DNA of 64,000 bases, taken from the NCBI GenBank assembly GCA_947643415.1, contig CANRWA010000011.1, forward strand, positions 19,548-83,547, written 5' to 3'. The DNA comes from an uncultured Clostridia bacterium. Lineage in GTDB: Bacteria; Bacillota; Clostridia; Lachnospirales; Lachnospiraceae. Below, piece by piece: positions 63,791-64,000 of the stretch (within the stretch, counting starts at the first letter, position 1; each line of letters starts with the position of its first letter). Both the position numbers and the translations under genes were made by a program. The notes beneath the pieces were generated by a model. It searched no databases. It saw only the letters and a list, made by a program, of their open reading frames with translations, and was not told the DNA's origin.

Positions 63791-64000
63791 AATAGTTACG
63801 CCTCCTTACAAAATTCTGATTTTACTGCATCCATTTCTGCCTCTCCGGTATCGTTCAAAACACAAATTTATGAAATCTGTAGAATATGTCTGATCCCCTA
63901 TTTCCCAAGCATGATAGACTGTTGTTTCAGCATTCTGTCCATCCATTTTTCAATCCATCCTCTTTAATTCAACATGCAGAGAGCGGTTCATAACAACATT

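Noticed and set aside
63806-63946. 46-codon minus-strand ORF upstream of cheW (MDGQNAETTVYHAWEIGDQTYSTD...)
   Set aside because: Faint resemblance to a CheW start, but too short and at the window edge; cannot be called.
1-64000. tRNA, rRNA, tmRNA, intact IS or prophage genes
   Set aside because: I saw no tRNA cloverleaf/T-loop signatures, rRNA sequence, DDE/HUH transposase ORF or phage structural genes by eye. tRNAscan-SE and cmscan would be needed to exclude short RNAs.

Overview
This is a 64-kb chromosomal window from a Clostridia-class Firmicute, most likely Lachnospiraceae (inferred from gene content, GGAGG RBSs, sigma-A promoters and Lys-rich surface proteins). I found no rRNA, tRNA, CRISPR array, intact IS, integrase or phage gene. 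Housekeeping blocks are: back-to-back TrkAH and KtrAB-type K+ uptake systems; carbamate kinase; beta-CASP nuclease; fsa plus split transketolase; aroA-argS-DUF815-yqeG-pepP-aroD/aroK fusion; efp; tsaA; csoR-copA; metY-thiF-like-tcdA; cheW. Accessory blocks are: a nucleotidyltransferase/esterase/TetR/GNAT cluster; AraC + DMT-like membrane protein + GH2 hexuronidase; a 1.7-kaa secreted multimodular GH2; an ABC exporter triad; a 1.5-kaa repeat surface protein; a BspA-like LRR protein; an Rpn-family nuclease; a tandem MutS-domain pair; a divergent MIP channel beside a PocR chemoreceptor; and AraC-GyrI + GNAT next to a serine-recombinase remnant. The strongest unexplained signals are non-coding. 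(1) A 125-bp element occurs twice (39442-39566, 53346-53470; 110/125 identical), and its substitutions are compensatory, pointing to a conserved multi-stem RNA on the minus strand attached to an IS200/IS605-like GC hairpin. (2) A second modular repeat occurs at 12790-12884 and 39611-39720. (3) A ~24-bp REP/MITE-end-like family occurs at five loci; one copy sits as a TA-flanked hairpin between a Shine-Dalgarno sequence and its start codon. The Rpn gene also carries an in-frame internal SD+ATG consistent with an intragenic antitoxin. All protein calls come from motif recognition by eye; no searches were run.
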